Source: Clostridia bacterium
GTDB lineage: Bacteria > Bacillota > Clostridia > UBA1212 > DUPL01
Reading direction: 5' to 3'
Length of the DNA stretch: 64,000 nucleotides
Assembly (NCBI GenBank): GCA_050951325.1
Contig: JBMNIW010000008.1
Span: 96,266-160,265 of the forward strand
Position 1 is the stretch's first letter, and each line of letters begins with the position of its first letter. The notes beneath the pieces were generated by a model. That model worked only from the letters and a program-made list of their open reading frames with translations, made no database searches and had not been told where the DNA came from. This document shows positions 49,286 to 58,393 of this stretch, piece by piece. The position numbers and the translations under genes were made by a program.

Positions 49286-50154
49286 GCCTTCTCCTTTTCA
49301 ATATGTAATTTCAAGTATTCCTTGAGTTTTGGCATGGCTTCCCTTGCCACATCCATACCCTGATTGTACAAACTATTTATAACATCAAGGTTCCGTTCAG
49401 TTCGTTTACAACCACTGACATCTTTAGGACCAATAACAAAAACCCTTCCTTCTTCTTCAAGTTCCCAGACTCTTTTCAATTTTTCGTTATACACCCTGGT
49501 GCGGTCTAGTAGAGCTTTTGAAAACTCTGGGTACTTTCTATAAAGCTTTGCACAAAGTTTAAGCGCCTTTTCCTCTTCCTTTACATATCCTTTTTCTCTA
49601 GTAAGCACAACGATCACCTTGTCGCAATCATTTCTTAAAGCCTCATCCACCGCAATAGGATCACATATGCCTCCATCCATATACTTCATTCCATCAATCT
49701 CAATTAAAGGAAACATAATAGGAAGAGCACAACTTGCCACCAAATGCACAAAACTTTTATCATCCCGGGGCATCTTCAAATATTCCGCCTGGCCAGTTTT
49801 CACATTGGTTACAACACTTACCACATCACCTTCAAATTTTTCAAACTCTTTAAAATCAAAAGGTATGTGCTTGTTGGGTATTTCCTCGTATACAAATTTG
49901 ATGTTGTAATAGCTTTTGTTATTGGGATTTACAAGATGCTTGAAACCCATGTATCTTTTATCGTTTAAAAACCTTGTAGCTATTTCAAGATTTCTTCCCT
50001 TTTGTCTTGACACGTATGACACACCATTAGCTATGCCCGCAGAGGTGCCTATTACATAATCTGCATATGTACCTTCTTCAAGAAAACAATCAAGAACGCC
50101 GCATGTAAAATACGTTCTACTGCCTCCACCTTCCAGAACAAGTCCCAGTTTCAT
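49282..50154 (-). CDS. patatin-like phospholipase
   Basis: GGGSRTYF oxyanion loop, GTSAG (GxSxG) nucleophile elbow. Confidence 0.8.
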   Translation of the reverse strand: MKLGLVLEGGGSRTYFTCGVLDCFLEEGTYADYVIGTSAGIANGVSYVSRQKGRNLEIATRFLNDKRYMGFKHLVNPNNKSYYNIKFVYEEIPNKHIPFDFKEFEKFEGDVVSVVTNVKTGQAEYLKMPRDDKSFVHLVASCALPIMFPLIEIDGMKYMDGGICDPIAVDEALRNDCDKVIVVLTREKGYVKEEEKALKLCAKLYRKYPEFSKALLDRTRVYNEKLKRVWELEEEGRVFVIGPKDVSGCKRTERNLDVINSLYNQGMDVAREAMPKLKEYLKLHIEKEKA

Positions 50155-50379
50155 AAAAACCCCCTTTTCTTAATTCATCAAATATTTTATTCCTTAACTC
50201 AATTCTTGTCAAAATAAAGAACTGCCTTCACTTTGGAAGACAGTCTGCTAATGTAAAGGGTGTTTTATATGTGTGTAGCTATATAATTACACTTGTCGGT
50301 TGGATGTCAGACTCGCTAGGAGGTTTTGTCAGTGTTAGCAAAGACATTTAGTTATATAGCTACAGTTGTTCTCAAGTTT

Positions 50380-50415
50380 GTAATTTTAAAGGGCTGCAAT
50401 TGTCCATTACAGCCC
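50380..50415 (-). terminator. intrinsic terminator of cassette copy 1
   Basis: GGGCTGCAAT-tgtcc-ATTACAGCCC then U-rich on minus strand. Confidence 0.5.
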
Positions 50416-50432
50416 TTGATGGCTTTTATTAA

Positions 50433-51329
50433 CTAGAATGAGTATACTTTGCGTTTTACAACAACCGCGCATGCCATAGCAGCGAGGATTGCAACCATAA
50501 CTATTGCACTATCACCTGTTGGTGGGTTTTCTGTACCTGGCTCTTCTGTTTCTGGCTCAGGTTCTGTCAATGCAGCGTTCAAGTTGTTAAGATGTGTTCC
50601 AAGATCTTCTTCGGATGTGTTCAAGATGAAAGCCTTGAGGTCATCGCCTACTGCATTCATAACAGCATCACATTTAGCCTGGTCATAAATGGTTACATCT
50701 TCAGCTTTGGCTTCGTAATACTTGTTTACGAAGTTCAATGCATTTTGTCCAGCACCCTGAAGCACGTTGATCCACATTCTGTAACCAGCACCCAGGTTGG
50801 AAGATTCGCCTGCTGCGGCTTTTTCTTCGTTGTACTCAGCAAAAGTCTTGTCATACAGGTGAGCTTCGATATTTCTTCCTTCAATAACTTCCGTGTATGG
50901 AACCAAACGAGGCTCTACTCCAGCTTCTATTTTGCATGTGACAAAATATGTACCTGCTGGATATACATTGTCAAACTCAAATACAACATTGGGGCTCCAG
51001 TCAGTTGATGTAAATTCTTTCTGCTCCAGAAGCTCCTTGTCTTCACGGCTAGTATTCCATTTGTAGAGGCTCATTTTGAATTGATGTCCTGCAATTACGG
51101 TTTGAACCTGTACACCTACGAAAAGTTCGCCTTCCAATATATCAAACTTCATACCAGCGTAGTTGCCCCATCCCATATGCAAATAAGTTGAACCATTAAA
51201 ACCTGGTGCAACATCACCTTTAACCAGTTCAATGGCTTTTTCTTCTACAGCTGCGTTTGAGAACACAGTCATCATTGACATTAACAGTGTTAATACTACA
51301 ATGAATATCAAGCCTTTTTTCATTTTCAT
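50433..51329 (-). CDS. secreted wall-anchored protein A1 (sortase-type signal NPPTGDS + TM + KRK)
   Basis: Signal peptide, ~260-aa domain, C-term NPPTGDSAIVMVAILAAMACAVVVKRKVYSF; paralog of 52370-53245. Confidence 0.45.
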   Translation of the reverse strand: MKMKKGLIFIVVLTLLMSMMTVFSNAAVEEKAIELVKGDVAPGFNGSTYLHMGWGNYAGMKFDILEGELFVGVQVQTVIAGHQFKMSLYKWNTSREDKELLEQKEFTSTDWSPNVVFEFDNVYPAGTYFVTCKIEAGVEPRLVPYTEVIEGRNIEAHLYDKTFAEYNEEKAAAGESSNLGAGYRMWINVLQGAGQNALNFVNKYYEAKAEDVTIYDQAKCDAVMNAVGDDLKAFILNTSEEDLGTHLNNLNAALTEPEPETEEPGTENPPTGDSAIVMVAILAAMACAVVVKRKVYSF

Positions 51330-51504
51330 AATACTACCTCCTGTATTTTACTTAAAAGCTAATGATTGTTTCATCACTTTCGTTGGATAACTACATATAT
51401 ATTCTATCTTAGTAGAATTCAAATACAATTGCTTATTTACAGTTCTAAATTGATTGTTTTACAGATTATACACAAATTAAATACTGGAATAAATTTTTTG
51501 GCAC

Positions 51505-51537
51505 AAAAAACAGCCAATGTCGACATGACACTGGCTG
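51505..51537 (-). terminator. intrinsic terminator (copy 1 of duplicated terminator)
   Basis: CAGCCAATGTC-gacat-GACACTGGCTG with U-run on minus strand; near-identical element at 54550-54583. Confidence 0.6.
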
Positions 51538-51557
51538 AACAAATTGCTTTCTAGTTT

Positions 51558-52247
51558 TTATCTTCTATTGGGTGGCTGATAGTTCTCAGCATCCTCCATT
51601 GTTTTAAAGAAGCCCATAAAATCGATTGTTATAGTAGAGTCTATTGGAGGATTCCATAAAATGTCCGCTCGGAATTCGGTTATAGTTTGCTTGTCAGGCT
51701 TTAATTCTGAAAAATCGAGATATACTTCCTGCCAATCCTCACCTGAGTCAACATTAAATTTAACATGCTGTCCAGCTCCGGTTATAGCTTCTCCGTCACA
51801 TGCAACGTAGAACTCACCATCAGAAATCCCAGCCGTATGCTTGAATATCATCTTGAATATTGGATACTCATGTATATCCAATGCACCGTCCGGCATGGGT
51901 AAGTTGAAAATAGGATCGTGAAAATCAACAACAGTCAGATGCAGGCCTTCTTCAGTAAACTCAGCTTCTGCATATGTTGGATTAATATCGTTCCCTTCAA
52001 ACATAGTATCAATTATATTCTCACCTTCAAGAGCAAAACGATACAATACAGCATCCACACCCTCATCCGGATCCGGAGTTGGTTCTGGTGTTGGAGTTGG
52101 TGTTGCTGTTGGTTCAGGTGTATCCGTCGGTGCAGGTGTATCTGTTGGCTCTGGAGTCTTGTCCGTACCACCGCCACCTTTACATCCTATGAAAGATACA
52201 ACCATCAAAGCAATAAGTAGCAGTAACAACAGTTTCTTGATTTTCAT
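51558..52247 (-). CDS. lipoprotein B1 with Pro/Thr-rich linker (TPEPTDTPAPTDTPEPTATPTPTPEPTPDPDEG) and ~170-aa C-terminal domain
   Basis: Lipobox SFIGC; paralog of 54599-55276. Confidence 0.45.
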   Translation of the reverse strand: MKIKKLLLLLLIALMVVSFIGCKGGGGTDKTPEPTDTPAPTDTPEPTATPTPTPEPTPDPDEGVDAVLYRFALEGENIIDTMFEGNDINPTYAEAEFTEEGLHLTVVDFHDPIFNLPMPDGALDIHEYPIFKMIFKHTAGISDGEFYVACDGEAITGAGQHVKFNVDSGEDWQEVYLDFSELKPDKQTITEFRADILWNPPIDSTITIDFMGFFKTMEDAENYQPPNRR

Positions 52248-52369
52248 GTTTATTCCTCCAAATTAAAATAATTTGTAATATTATAAATAATTGTAAAACT
52301 TAGTCAAGTTTGTTTGCAATTTATACAAAAAATATTAGCTGCCTCTTCATGGCAGCTAATATTTTTTCA

Positions 52370-53245
52370 TCATTTCTTTGCAATTCTAACCATCTTCTTG
52401 TTCAGCAAGACAGCTGTTAATACAACAAGCAAGATTAAATACAAGCAGCCTGTATCGCCCGTAGGTGGGTTCACGTCATCCTGCAAAGCAGCGGTAAGAT
52501 TGTCAAGCTGAGTCTTAATTTCTGCATTGGATGCATTCAAAAGAAAAGTCTTCAAATCATCTCCTACCGCATTCATCACCGCATCATATTTGGCCTGGTC
52601 GCTTACTGTTACTCCTTCAGCCTTTGCCTCGTGATACTTCTTTACAAAAGCCTGAGCATCCGCTGTAGCTCCAGTAAGAAGTTTGATTGACATATCAAAA
52701 CCTTCACCAAAATCCTTGCCGCTTGTAGCACTCATATCGTCAAAAGTCTGGTCATACTGATACGCTTTTATATTCCTTCCTTCAACAACCTTTTTGTAAA
52801 CATACAAATAAAGTTCAGTACCGTTATCCGCAAATGTTTCTATTTCAAGGTAGTACTTACCGGCAGGATATACGGTATCAAAATCATATACGACCTGCTG
52901 CCAGTCCAATGACGTAAGCGTCTTTGACTCGAGCAGTTCCTTATTGTCAGTACTTCCATTCCATCTATACAAATTTGCCTTGATGGGCTTTCCTGCAACA
53001 ATAGTCCTAAAAGTCACACCACAAAGCAATTCATCATTATTAACTTCAAAAGTCATACCTGGATAGTTGGCCCAGAGAAGTACAAGAAGTCCTCCGCCGG
53101 TATGGCCTTCAGCCACCGCATCACCTTCGACAACCACCAGGCGCACTGTATCTTCCTGCATTTGTGCATTGACTCCCAGCAACATAAAAGACATCAGAAT
53201 TGACAATGCAACAATAAATATAGTTAATCTATGCCCTAGTTTCAT
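52370..53245 (-). CDS. secreted wall-anchored protein A2 (NPPTGDT + TM + KK)
   Basis: Signal peptide; domain collinear with A1 (…LYRWNGS…VYPAGKYYLEIE…DQAKYDAVMNAVGDDLKTF…). Confidence 0.45.
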   Translation of the reverse strand: MKLGHRLTIFIVALSILMSFMLLGVNAQMQEDTVRLVVVEGDAVAEGHTGGGLLVLLWANYPGMTFEVNNDELLCGVTFRTIVAGKPIKANLYRWNGSTDNKELLESKTLTSLDWQQVVYDFDTVYPAGKYYLEIETFADNGTELYLYVYKKVVEGRNIKAYQYDQTFDDMSATSGKDFGEGFDMSIKLLTGATADAQAFVKKYHEAKAEGVTVSDQAKYDAVMNAVGDDLKTFLLNASNAEIKTQLDNLTAALQDDVNPPTGDTGCLYLILLVVLTAVLLNKKMVRIAKK

Positions 53246-53325
53246 TACATACCTCCATAATTTTATTACAGTATTATTATCTCAACAATTACGTTATAAA
53301 TAATGGAAGTATATTGAATTATCAG

Positions 53326-53898
53326 TCAATTAGTCATATCATATAAAATTGGAATGCTTTTTTCATTAACAAGATACGTGTAAAATCTGTCATCAAACCA
53401 GAGTGGTGCCGTATCCTTGCTGAAAATCAGCGGCATTCTGTTATGTATAAAGGCAATATTTTCAGCCCGATCCCGGGTAATCATGGTTACCTCATCCTTT
53501 TCCATTCTTTTAAATCCAGCTATGAACAATATGCCCTCTTCACTGAACAATCTGTACTTTTCAGATCTTTTGTCAGGCAGTTTTCTCCACTCATAGTAGG
53601 ATTTCGCTGGAATGAGACACCTATCCCCTTTTATATGTGGCGCAAAGAATCTGCTGGTTAAAACAGTTTCGCTTCTTGCATTGAATATGACCTTTTTTTC
53701 GTCATCCCACTTTTGAAATCCCCACTGCATCAGCTTCAAATGCTTCTCCTTCGTAATAACCGGTATTTTGGAAGAAGGATAAGCATCCCTTCCCAGAACA
53801 GTCATATCCTCCTTCGATAATAGAACAGACACGTCCTGTATTATCTCTCTTATCTCCTCTATTTCGTCCTCCGTAAATATTGTGAATCTTCCACACAT
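53326..53898 (-). CDS. SOS-response-associated peptidase (SRAP/YedK/HMCES family), abasic-site DNA-protein crosslinking
   Basis: Starts MCGRF (Cys2 nucleophile), 190 aa. Confidence 0.8.
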   Translation of the reverse strand: MCGRFTIFTEDEIEEIREIIQDVSVLLSKEDMTVLGRDAYPSSKIPVITKEKHLKLMQWGFQKWDDEKKVIFNARSETVLTSRFFAPHIKGDRCLIPAKSYYEWRKLPDKRSEKYRLFSEEGILFIAGFKRMEKDEVTMITRDRAENIAFIHNRMPLIFSKDTAPLWFDDRFYTYLVNEKSIPILYDMTN

Positions 53899-53901
53899 AC
53901 C

Positions 53902-54525
53902 CTACACTCCTGACATTTTTAAAAAGTTTTTCATATTCGTTTTCTCAGCTTCCAAATCTGAACCTTTTCTTCCAAGTCTATCACAAAAACCCAACAAAGC
54001 AACATCAAAAACATCCACATCCCTTTTCATACCCTCCATATCTTTGAAGGGTAGATCCTTGAGAACATAGAGAATATGCATATGGTATTTTACCAACAAG
54101 GCCACATTGCCAATAAAGGCAAGGTCGTCCGTAAAACATGACAAAAACTCTTTTGCCAGCCTTTCACCTGCCACATCGTGGCCATAGGCGGTTATTCTTC
54201 CCTTTCTTACCTTTGTTGTCACCGCCTTGCCAACATCATGCAAAAGAGACGCCCACATGAATACTCTTTCATCCGAGCTTCTATCCCTAACTTTTGCAGC
54301 TTCATCAACAACCATCATTGTATGGTTCCACACATTGCCTTCTGCATGATATTTTGGGGACTGCCCAACTTCCTTAAGTCTCTTAATCAAAACAAAAGGG
54401 TGTTTGGAAAACTCTTCCTCAAAACAAATCTCATTAAGATATATTGAAGGCTTTTCATCAGTCAATAGATGTTCCTCAATAGACAAATATAACTTAAACA
54501 CGTTCCACCTTTTTTCTGATATCAT
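53902..54525 (-). CDS. HD-domain phosphohydrolase
   Basis: H…HD motif (…WNHTMMVV…ASLLHDVGK…), 207 aa; 4-nt gap to SRAP gene. Confidence 0.7.
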   Translation of the reverse strand: MISEKRWNVFKLYLSIEEHLLTDEKPSIYLNEICFEEEFSKHPFVLIKRLKEVGQSPKYHAEGNVWNHTMMVVDEAAKVRDRSSDERVFMWASLLHDVGKAVTTKVRKGRITAYGHDVAGERLAKEFLSCFTDDLAFIGNVALLVKYHMHILYVLKDLPFKDMEGMKRDVDVFDVALLGFCDRLGRKGSDLEAEKTNMKNFLKMSGV

Positions 54526-54549
54526 TTCTCACAAGCCTTAAAAATATGC

Positions 54550-54583
54550 AAAAAATCAGCCAATGTCATTAGGACACTGGCCG
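54550..54583 (-). terminator. intrinsic terminator (copy 2)
   Basis: CAGCCAATGTC-attag-GACACTGGCCG with U-run on minus strand. Confidence 0.55.
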
Positions 54584-54598
54584 ATAGAAAAGTTAATA

Positions 54599-55276
54599 TT
54601 ATCTTCTGTTTGGCGGTATGTAGTTTTCAGCATCTTCCATTGTCTTGAAAAACCCAAAGAAGTCAATAACTATCTCTGAATCAACAGGAGGATTGCCCAA
54701 GATATCAGCACGGAACGTAGTAATGGTCTGTGCTTCTGGCTTTTTCTCAGACCAGTCAATATATATCTCTTGCCAGTCTTCGCCTTTATCTACTGTGTAT
54801 GTGTAGTTCTGCTGAACGCCTGTTATGGCTTCACCATCAAACCCTACATAGAACTCACCCGTGGTGACTCCAGCATTATGCTTGAGCAACATTTTGAATA
54901 TTGGATACTCAGTAATATCTATCGCTCCATCGGGCAATGGTATAGTGAAGTATGGGTCGCTTTGGTTAAGAACAATTATTGTCAACCCTTCATCCGTGTA
55001 ATCAAGATCCGCATTCATGACACCTTGCACCATTCCATACCTGAAAAACGCCTCTTCACCTTCAAGAGCAAAACGATAGAGGATCGCATCAAGACCTTCA
55101 TCCGGATCCGGCGTTGGTTCCGGGGTCGGAGTTGGTGTGGGTGTGGGTTCTGGCGTATCCGTTGGGACTGGAGTTGCAGTAGGTTCGGGAGTCTCCTCCT
55201 CTCCTCCCTTGCATCCGATGAAAGATACTACCATAAGGCAAACTAGAAGCAAAAGCGAAAATTTCCTAACTCTCAT
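54599..55276 (-). CDS. lipoprotein B2 (paralog of B1)
   Basis: MRVRKFSLLLLVCLMVVSFIGC lipobox, same TPEPT linker and C-terminal domain (…FFGFFKTMEDAENYIPPNRR); ATG 55276 with GGAGGA RBS. Confidence 0.45.
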   Translation of the reverse strand: MRVRKFSLLLLVCLMVVSFIGCKGGEEETPEPTATPVPTDTPEPTPTPTPTPEPTPDPDEGLDAILYRFALEGEEAFFRYGMVQGVMNADLDYTDEGLTIIVLNQSDPYFTIPLPDGAIDITEYPIFKMLLKHNAGVTTGEFYVGFDGEAITGVQQNYTYTVDKGEDWQEIYIDWSEKKPEAQTITTFRADILGNPPVDSEIVIDFFGFFKTMEDAENYIPPNRR

Positions 55277-55486
55277 ATTCTTTCCTCCAATCATTATTAT
55301 CTTAACAGTATTTTAAAATATTAGCAAAATATAGTCAATACTTTTGTTGTTCGAAACATAAAATAGACTTATATTATTAATAATAAATACATTAATAACA
55401 TGTATAATATAATTTGGTGGTCTGTTGACCATTTTTCATATAAATGCTAAGATTAAATGTCATGAAATTTTGTTTGGGAGGGTAAC

Positions 55487-55840
55487 ATGGCGGAACATTT
55501 ACAGTTTTCAGTGATTGGATTTGTGATAGTAATTCTCATAATGGCTGCAATATCATTAATCTTGATGTTGATACCCATAATATTTGGTAAATCAAATAAA
55601 AAGGTTAAAGAGAAAAAAGTAAAGATAGAGAAAGCAAAGGTCGATGAAGTAAAAATACAGGAAACAACACCTGTACAAACATCATTGGTCGAAGATGACA
55701 ATTCAGAATTGATAGCAGTAATAACTGCTGCAATAAGCGCATTTGCTTCAAAAGATCATAAAACCCTTAGGGTTGTATCTTTCAGAAGAGTTGGAGACAA
55801 TTCGCCTGCATGGAGCATGGCTTCCAGAGTAAACAACTGA
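55487..55840 (+). CDS. oadG: Na+-translocating decarboxylase gamma subunit (OadG family)
   Basis: 117 aa; single N-terminal TM, Lys-rich linker, Ala-rich C-terminus typical of OadG. Confidence 0.6.
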   Translation: MAEHLQFSVIGFVIVILIMAAISLILMLIPIIFGKSNKKVKEKKVKIEKAKVDEVKIQETTPVQTSLVEDDNSELIAVITAAISAFASKDHKTLRVVSFRRVGDNSPAWSMASRVNN

Positions 55841-55853
55841 TTTTTGGAGGTAT

Positions 55854-57044
55854 TTGATGAGATTTTTTGAGATTATAATTGGAATATTTGAAGAGTCGGG
55901 TTTTGCTAACATTATTGACAACTTCGTGTGGGATGGAGCAAAAACACTCACTATGATAATTCTTGCCTTTGTACTCATATACCTGGCAATCGCAAAGGAA
56001 TTCGAACCTCTATTGCTTCTTCCAATAGCCTTTGGAATGCTGATAGCAAACCTTCCTCTTGCAAATCTTGCAAGCAAGTATACGCAAGAGGCTCTGGAAC
56101 AGCTTGAAGCAACAGGAGGAGCAAAAGGCTTAATATATTACCTGTACCAAGGTGTCGAACTGGGTATTTATCCACCCCTTATCTTCCTTGGCATAGGTGC
56201 AATGACTGACTTTGGCCCGCTTCTTTCAAACCCCAAGTCGCTGCTGATGGGAGCAGGAGCACAACTGGGTATTTTCCTCACATTTTTTGGAGCATGCGCA
56301 ATTCCCTTTTTCTCACCCCAGGACGCAGGCGCAATAGCAATAATTGGCGGAGCGGATGGTCCGACTGCTATCTATACTGCCAGCATACTCTCGCCTGACT
56401 TATTACCCGCAATTGCAATTGCAGCATACTCATACATGGCATTGGTGCCTGTTATTCAACCACCCATTATGAAAGCCCTGACAACCAAAGAGGAAAGAAT
56501 GGTTGTTATGAAGCAGTCAAGAGAAGTTTCAAAGAGAGAGAAGATAATTTTCCCAATTCTCGTAACTGTTCTTGTATCACTGCTTCTGCCTTCAGCTGCA
56601 ACCCTTGTGGGAATGCTTATGTTTGGCAACCTCGTTAAAGAAAGCGGCGTTGCAGACAGACTTGCAAAAGCCATGTCCAACGAGCTTATGAATATAGTTA
56701 CAATTATGCTTGGCATATCCGTTGGCGCAACTGCCACTGCTGACAGATTTTTAAATCCACAAACTTTGGGAATTCTGGGTCTTGGTATTCTAGCTTTCTC
56801 ATGTGGAACAGCTGGTGGAGTTCTAATTGGAAAGCTGATGTATAAAGCAACTGGCGGAAAAGTAAATCCACTTATTGGTGCTGCTGGAGTATCCGCAGTT
56901 CCAATGGCAGCAAGAGTCGCACATGACGTTGGAAGAAAAGAAAATCCCGACAACTATCTGCTAATGCATGCTATGGGACCAAACGTAGCAGGCGTTATAG
57001 GTTCCACAATAGCTGCAGGTTTACTGATAAATGTTTTAGGCTAA
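55854..57044 (+). CDS. oadB: Na+-translocating decarboxylase beta subunit (OadB/MmdB/GcdB family)
   Basis: 396 aa polytopic membrane protein, collinear with decarboxylase beta subunits. Confidence 0.85.
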   Translation: MMRFFEIIIGIFEESGFANIIDNFVWDGAKTLTMIILAFVLIYLAIAKEFEPLLLLPIAFGMLIANLPLANLASKYTQEALEQLEATGGAKGLIYYLYQGVELGIYPPLIFLGIGAMTDFGPLLSNPKSLLMGAGAQLGIFLTFFGACAIPFFSPQDAGAIAIIGGADGPTAIYTASILSPDLLPAIAIAAYSYMALVPVIQPPIMKALTTKEERMVVMKQSREVSKREKIIFPILVTVLVSLLLPSAATLVGMLMFGNLVKESGVADRLAKAMSNELMNIVTIMLGISVGATATADRFLNPQTLGILGLGILAFSCGTAGGVLIGKLMYKATGGKVNPLIGAAGVSAVPMAARVAHDVGRKENPDNYLLMHAMGPNVAGVIGSTIAAGLLINVLG

Positions 57045-57072
57045 TTATGCCTACATAAAACTTGCATTTCCA

Positions 57073-57104
57073 GACCACACGGCAACTGTCCGTGTGGTCT
57101 TTTA
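57073..57104 (+). terminator. intrinsic terminator after oadB
   Basis: AGACCACACG-gcaactgt-CGTGTGGTCT then TTT. Confidence 0.7.
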
Positions 57105-57470
57105 ACATCAATTATAGAGATTTATTTCTAAGTTTTTCATTCCTTTAAGCCCATGCTCTTTACTTGGCTACGTCAAGTACTTCTTTTCTGTTTATTGACA
57201 AACAAGCATTTTGCAAGTCTCGTCAATAATTGTAATGTAGTACCAAAGCTACTCCAATACGCCGTATTTTTTTGTTGCCTTTTGAATATACATTTTCAAA
57301 AGGAATAAAGGCAGGTACATATTATGGATAATGAATTGATAATCTCATATCTTGATGATTTGGAAAACTATATAAGTCTTCTATCCTGTGTAAAATGCAA
57401 CAATACAAGACTTGTTGTAATCGAAACATTGAAAGAAAAGATAAAACTCTTAAAGAAGGAACTAATAACA

Positions 57471-57498
57471 GAAAAATCGTGACCCATAGAGGGTCACG
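57471..57498 (-). terminator. intrinsic terminator after rubrerythrin gene
   Basis: CGTGACCC-ataga-GGGTCACG with U-run on minus strand. Confidence 0.55.
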
Positions 57499-57509
57499 AT
57501 ATACACATA

Positions 57510-58052
57510 TTAACCGAAGTATCTCTTTAGCAGGCCTTCGAAGGCTTTGCCATGTCTTGCTTCATCTCTTGCCATTTCATGAACTGTATCATGGATGGCA
57601 TCCAAGTTCAACTCTTTTGCACGCTTTGCGAGATCGGCCTTTCCTGCGGTTGCGCCATTTTCAGCTTCAACACGCATCTCCAAGTTCTTCTTTGTAGAGT
57701 CGGTTACAACTTCTCCAAGCAATTCTGCAAACTTCGCAGCATGCTCAGCTTCCTCATAAGCTGCCTTCTCGTAATAAAGACCAATCTCTGGATAACCTTC
57801 CCTGTGAGCAACTCTTGCCATTGCAAGATACATGCCCACCTCAGTGCACTCTCCCATAAAGTTTGCTCTTAAGTCTTCAATTATGTCCTCTCTTACACCC
57901 TGTGCAATACCAATAACATGCTCTGCAGCCCATGTCCTTTCACCAGACTGCTCCGTGAATCTTGATGCAGGCGCCTTGCACTGTGGGCAAGCATCCGGTG
58001 CGCTTTCTCCTTCATAAACATAACCACAAACTTGACAAACAAACTTTTTCAT
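57510..58052 (-). CDS. reverse rubrerythrin (N-terminal rubredoxin-like Cys4 domain + ferritin-like diiron domain)
   Basis: [23 protein letters not shown] then EXXH diiron helices; ATG 58052 with GGAAGGAG RBS. Confidence 0.85.
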   Translation of the reverse strand: MKKFVCQVCGYVYEGESAPDACPQCKAPASRFTEQSGERTWAAEHVIGIAQGVREDIIEDLRANFMGECTEVGMYLAMARVAHREGYPEIGLYYEKAAYEEAEHAAKFAELLGEVVTDSTKKNLEMRVEAENGATAGKADLAKRAKELNLDAIHDTVHEMARDEARHGKAFEGLLKRYFG

Positions 58053-58207
58053 AATATCAATCTCCTTCCAAAATTTTAAATATTCCAAATTTTAAAAGGA
58101 TAACGCAATGTCAACAACACAAATGAACTTTGAACATGGGAGGAATTTTCCCGCCACTCAATATTGCTACGTAAATTATTCAGTCCCCTGCCCCAAAGAA
58201 TATTGGA

Positions 58208-58366
58208 TTACTCCTCCATCTCCTCGAACATATCCTTGCCTACGCCACAGTCAGGACAAACCCAATCCTCAGGCAAATCTTCAAACTTTGTACCAGCTGG
58301 AAATTCGCCTTCTCCTTCTGCTTCATCGTATACGTAACCGCATACAGTGCACAAATACTTTTTCAT
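58208..58366 (-). CDS. rubredoxin (52 aa; absent from ORF track because <60 aa)
   Basis: [52 protein letters not shown] — two CxxCG knuckles. Confidence 0.8.
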   Translation of the reverse strand: MKKYLCTVCGYVYDEAEGEGEFPAGTKFEDLPEDWVCPDCGVGKDMFEEMEE

Positions 58367-58393
58367 TCTTTTTTCCTCCTTTACGTTTATTCC

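Noticed and set aside
52060-52170. Tandem short nucleotide repeats (GGTGTTGG…/TPEPT-coding), also at 55100-55200 — candidate CRISPR/VNTR
   Set aside because: They are in-frame Pro/Thr linker coding sequence of the lipoprotein paralogs. No repeat-spacer structure or cas genes. No CRISPR arrays anywhere in the window.
50433-55294. Possible mobile element responsible for the cassette duplication
   Set aside because: No transposase, integrase, or terminal inverted repeats were found. The duplicated units end at intrinsic terminators. More consistent with an old tandem gene duplication.
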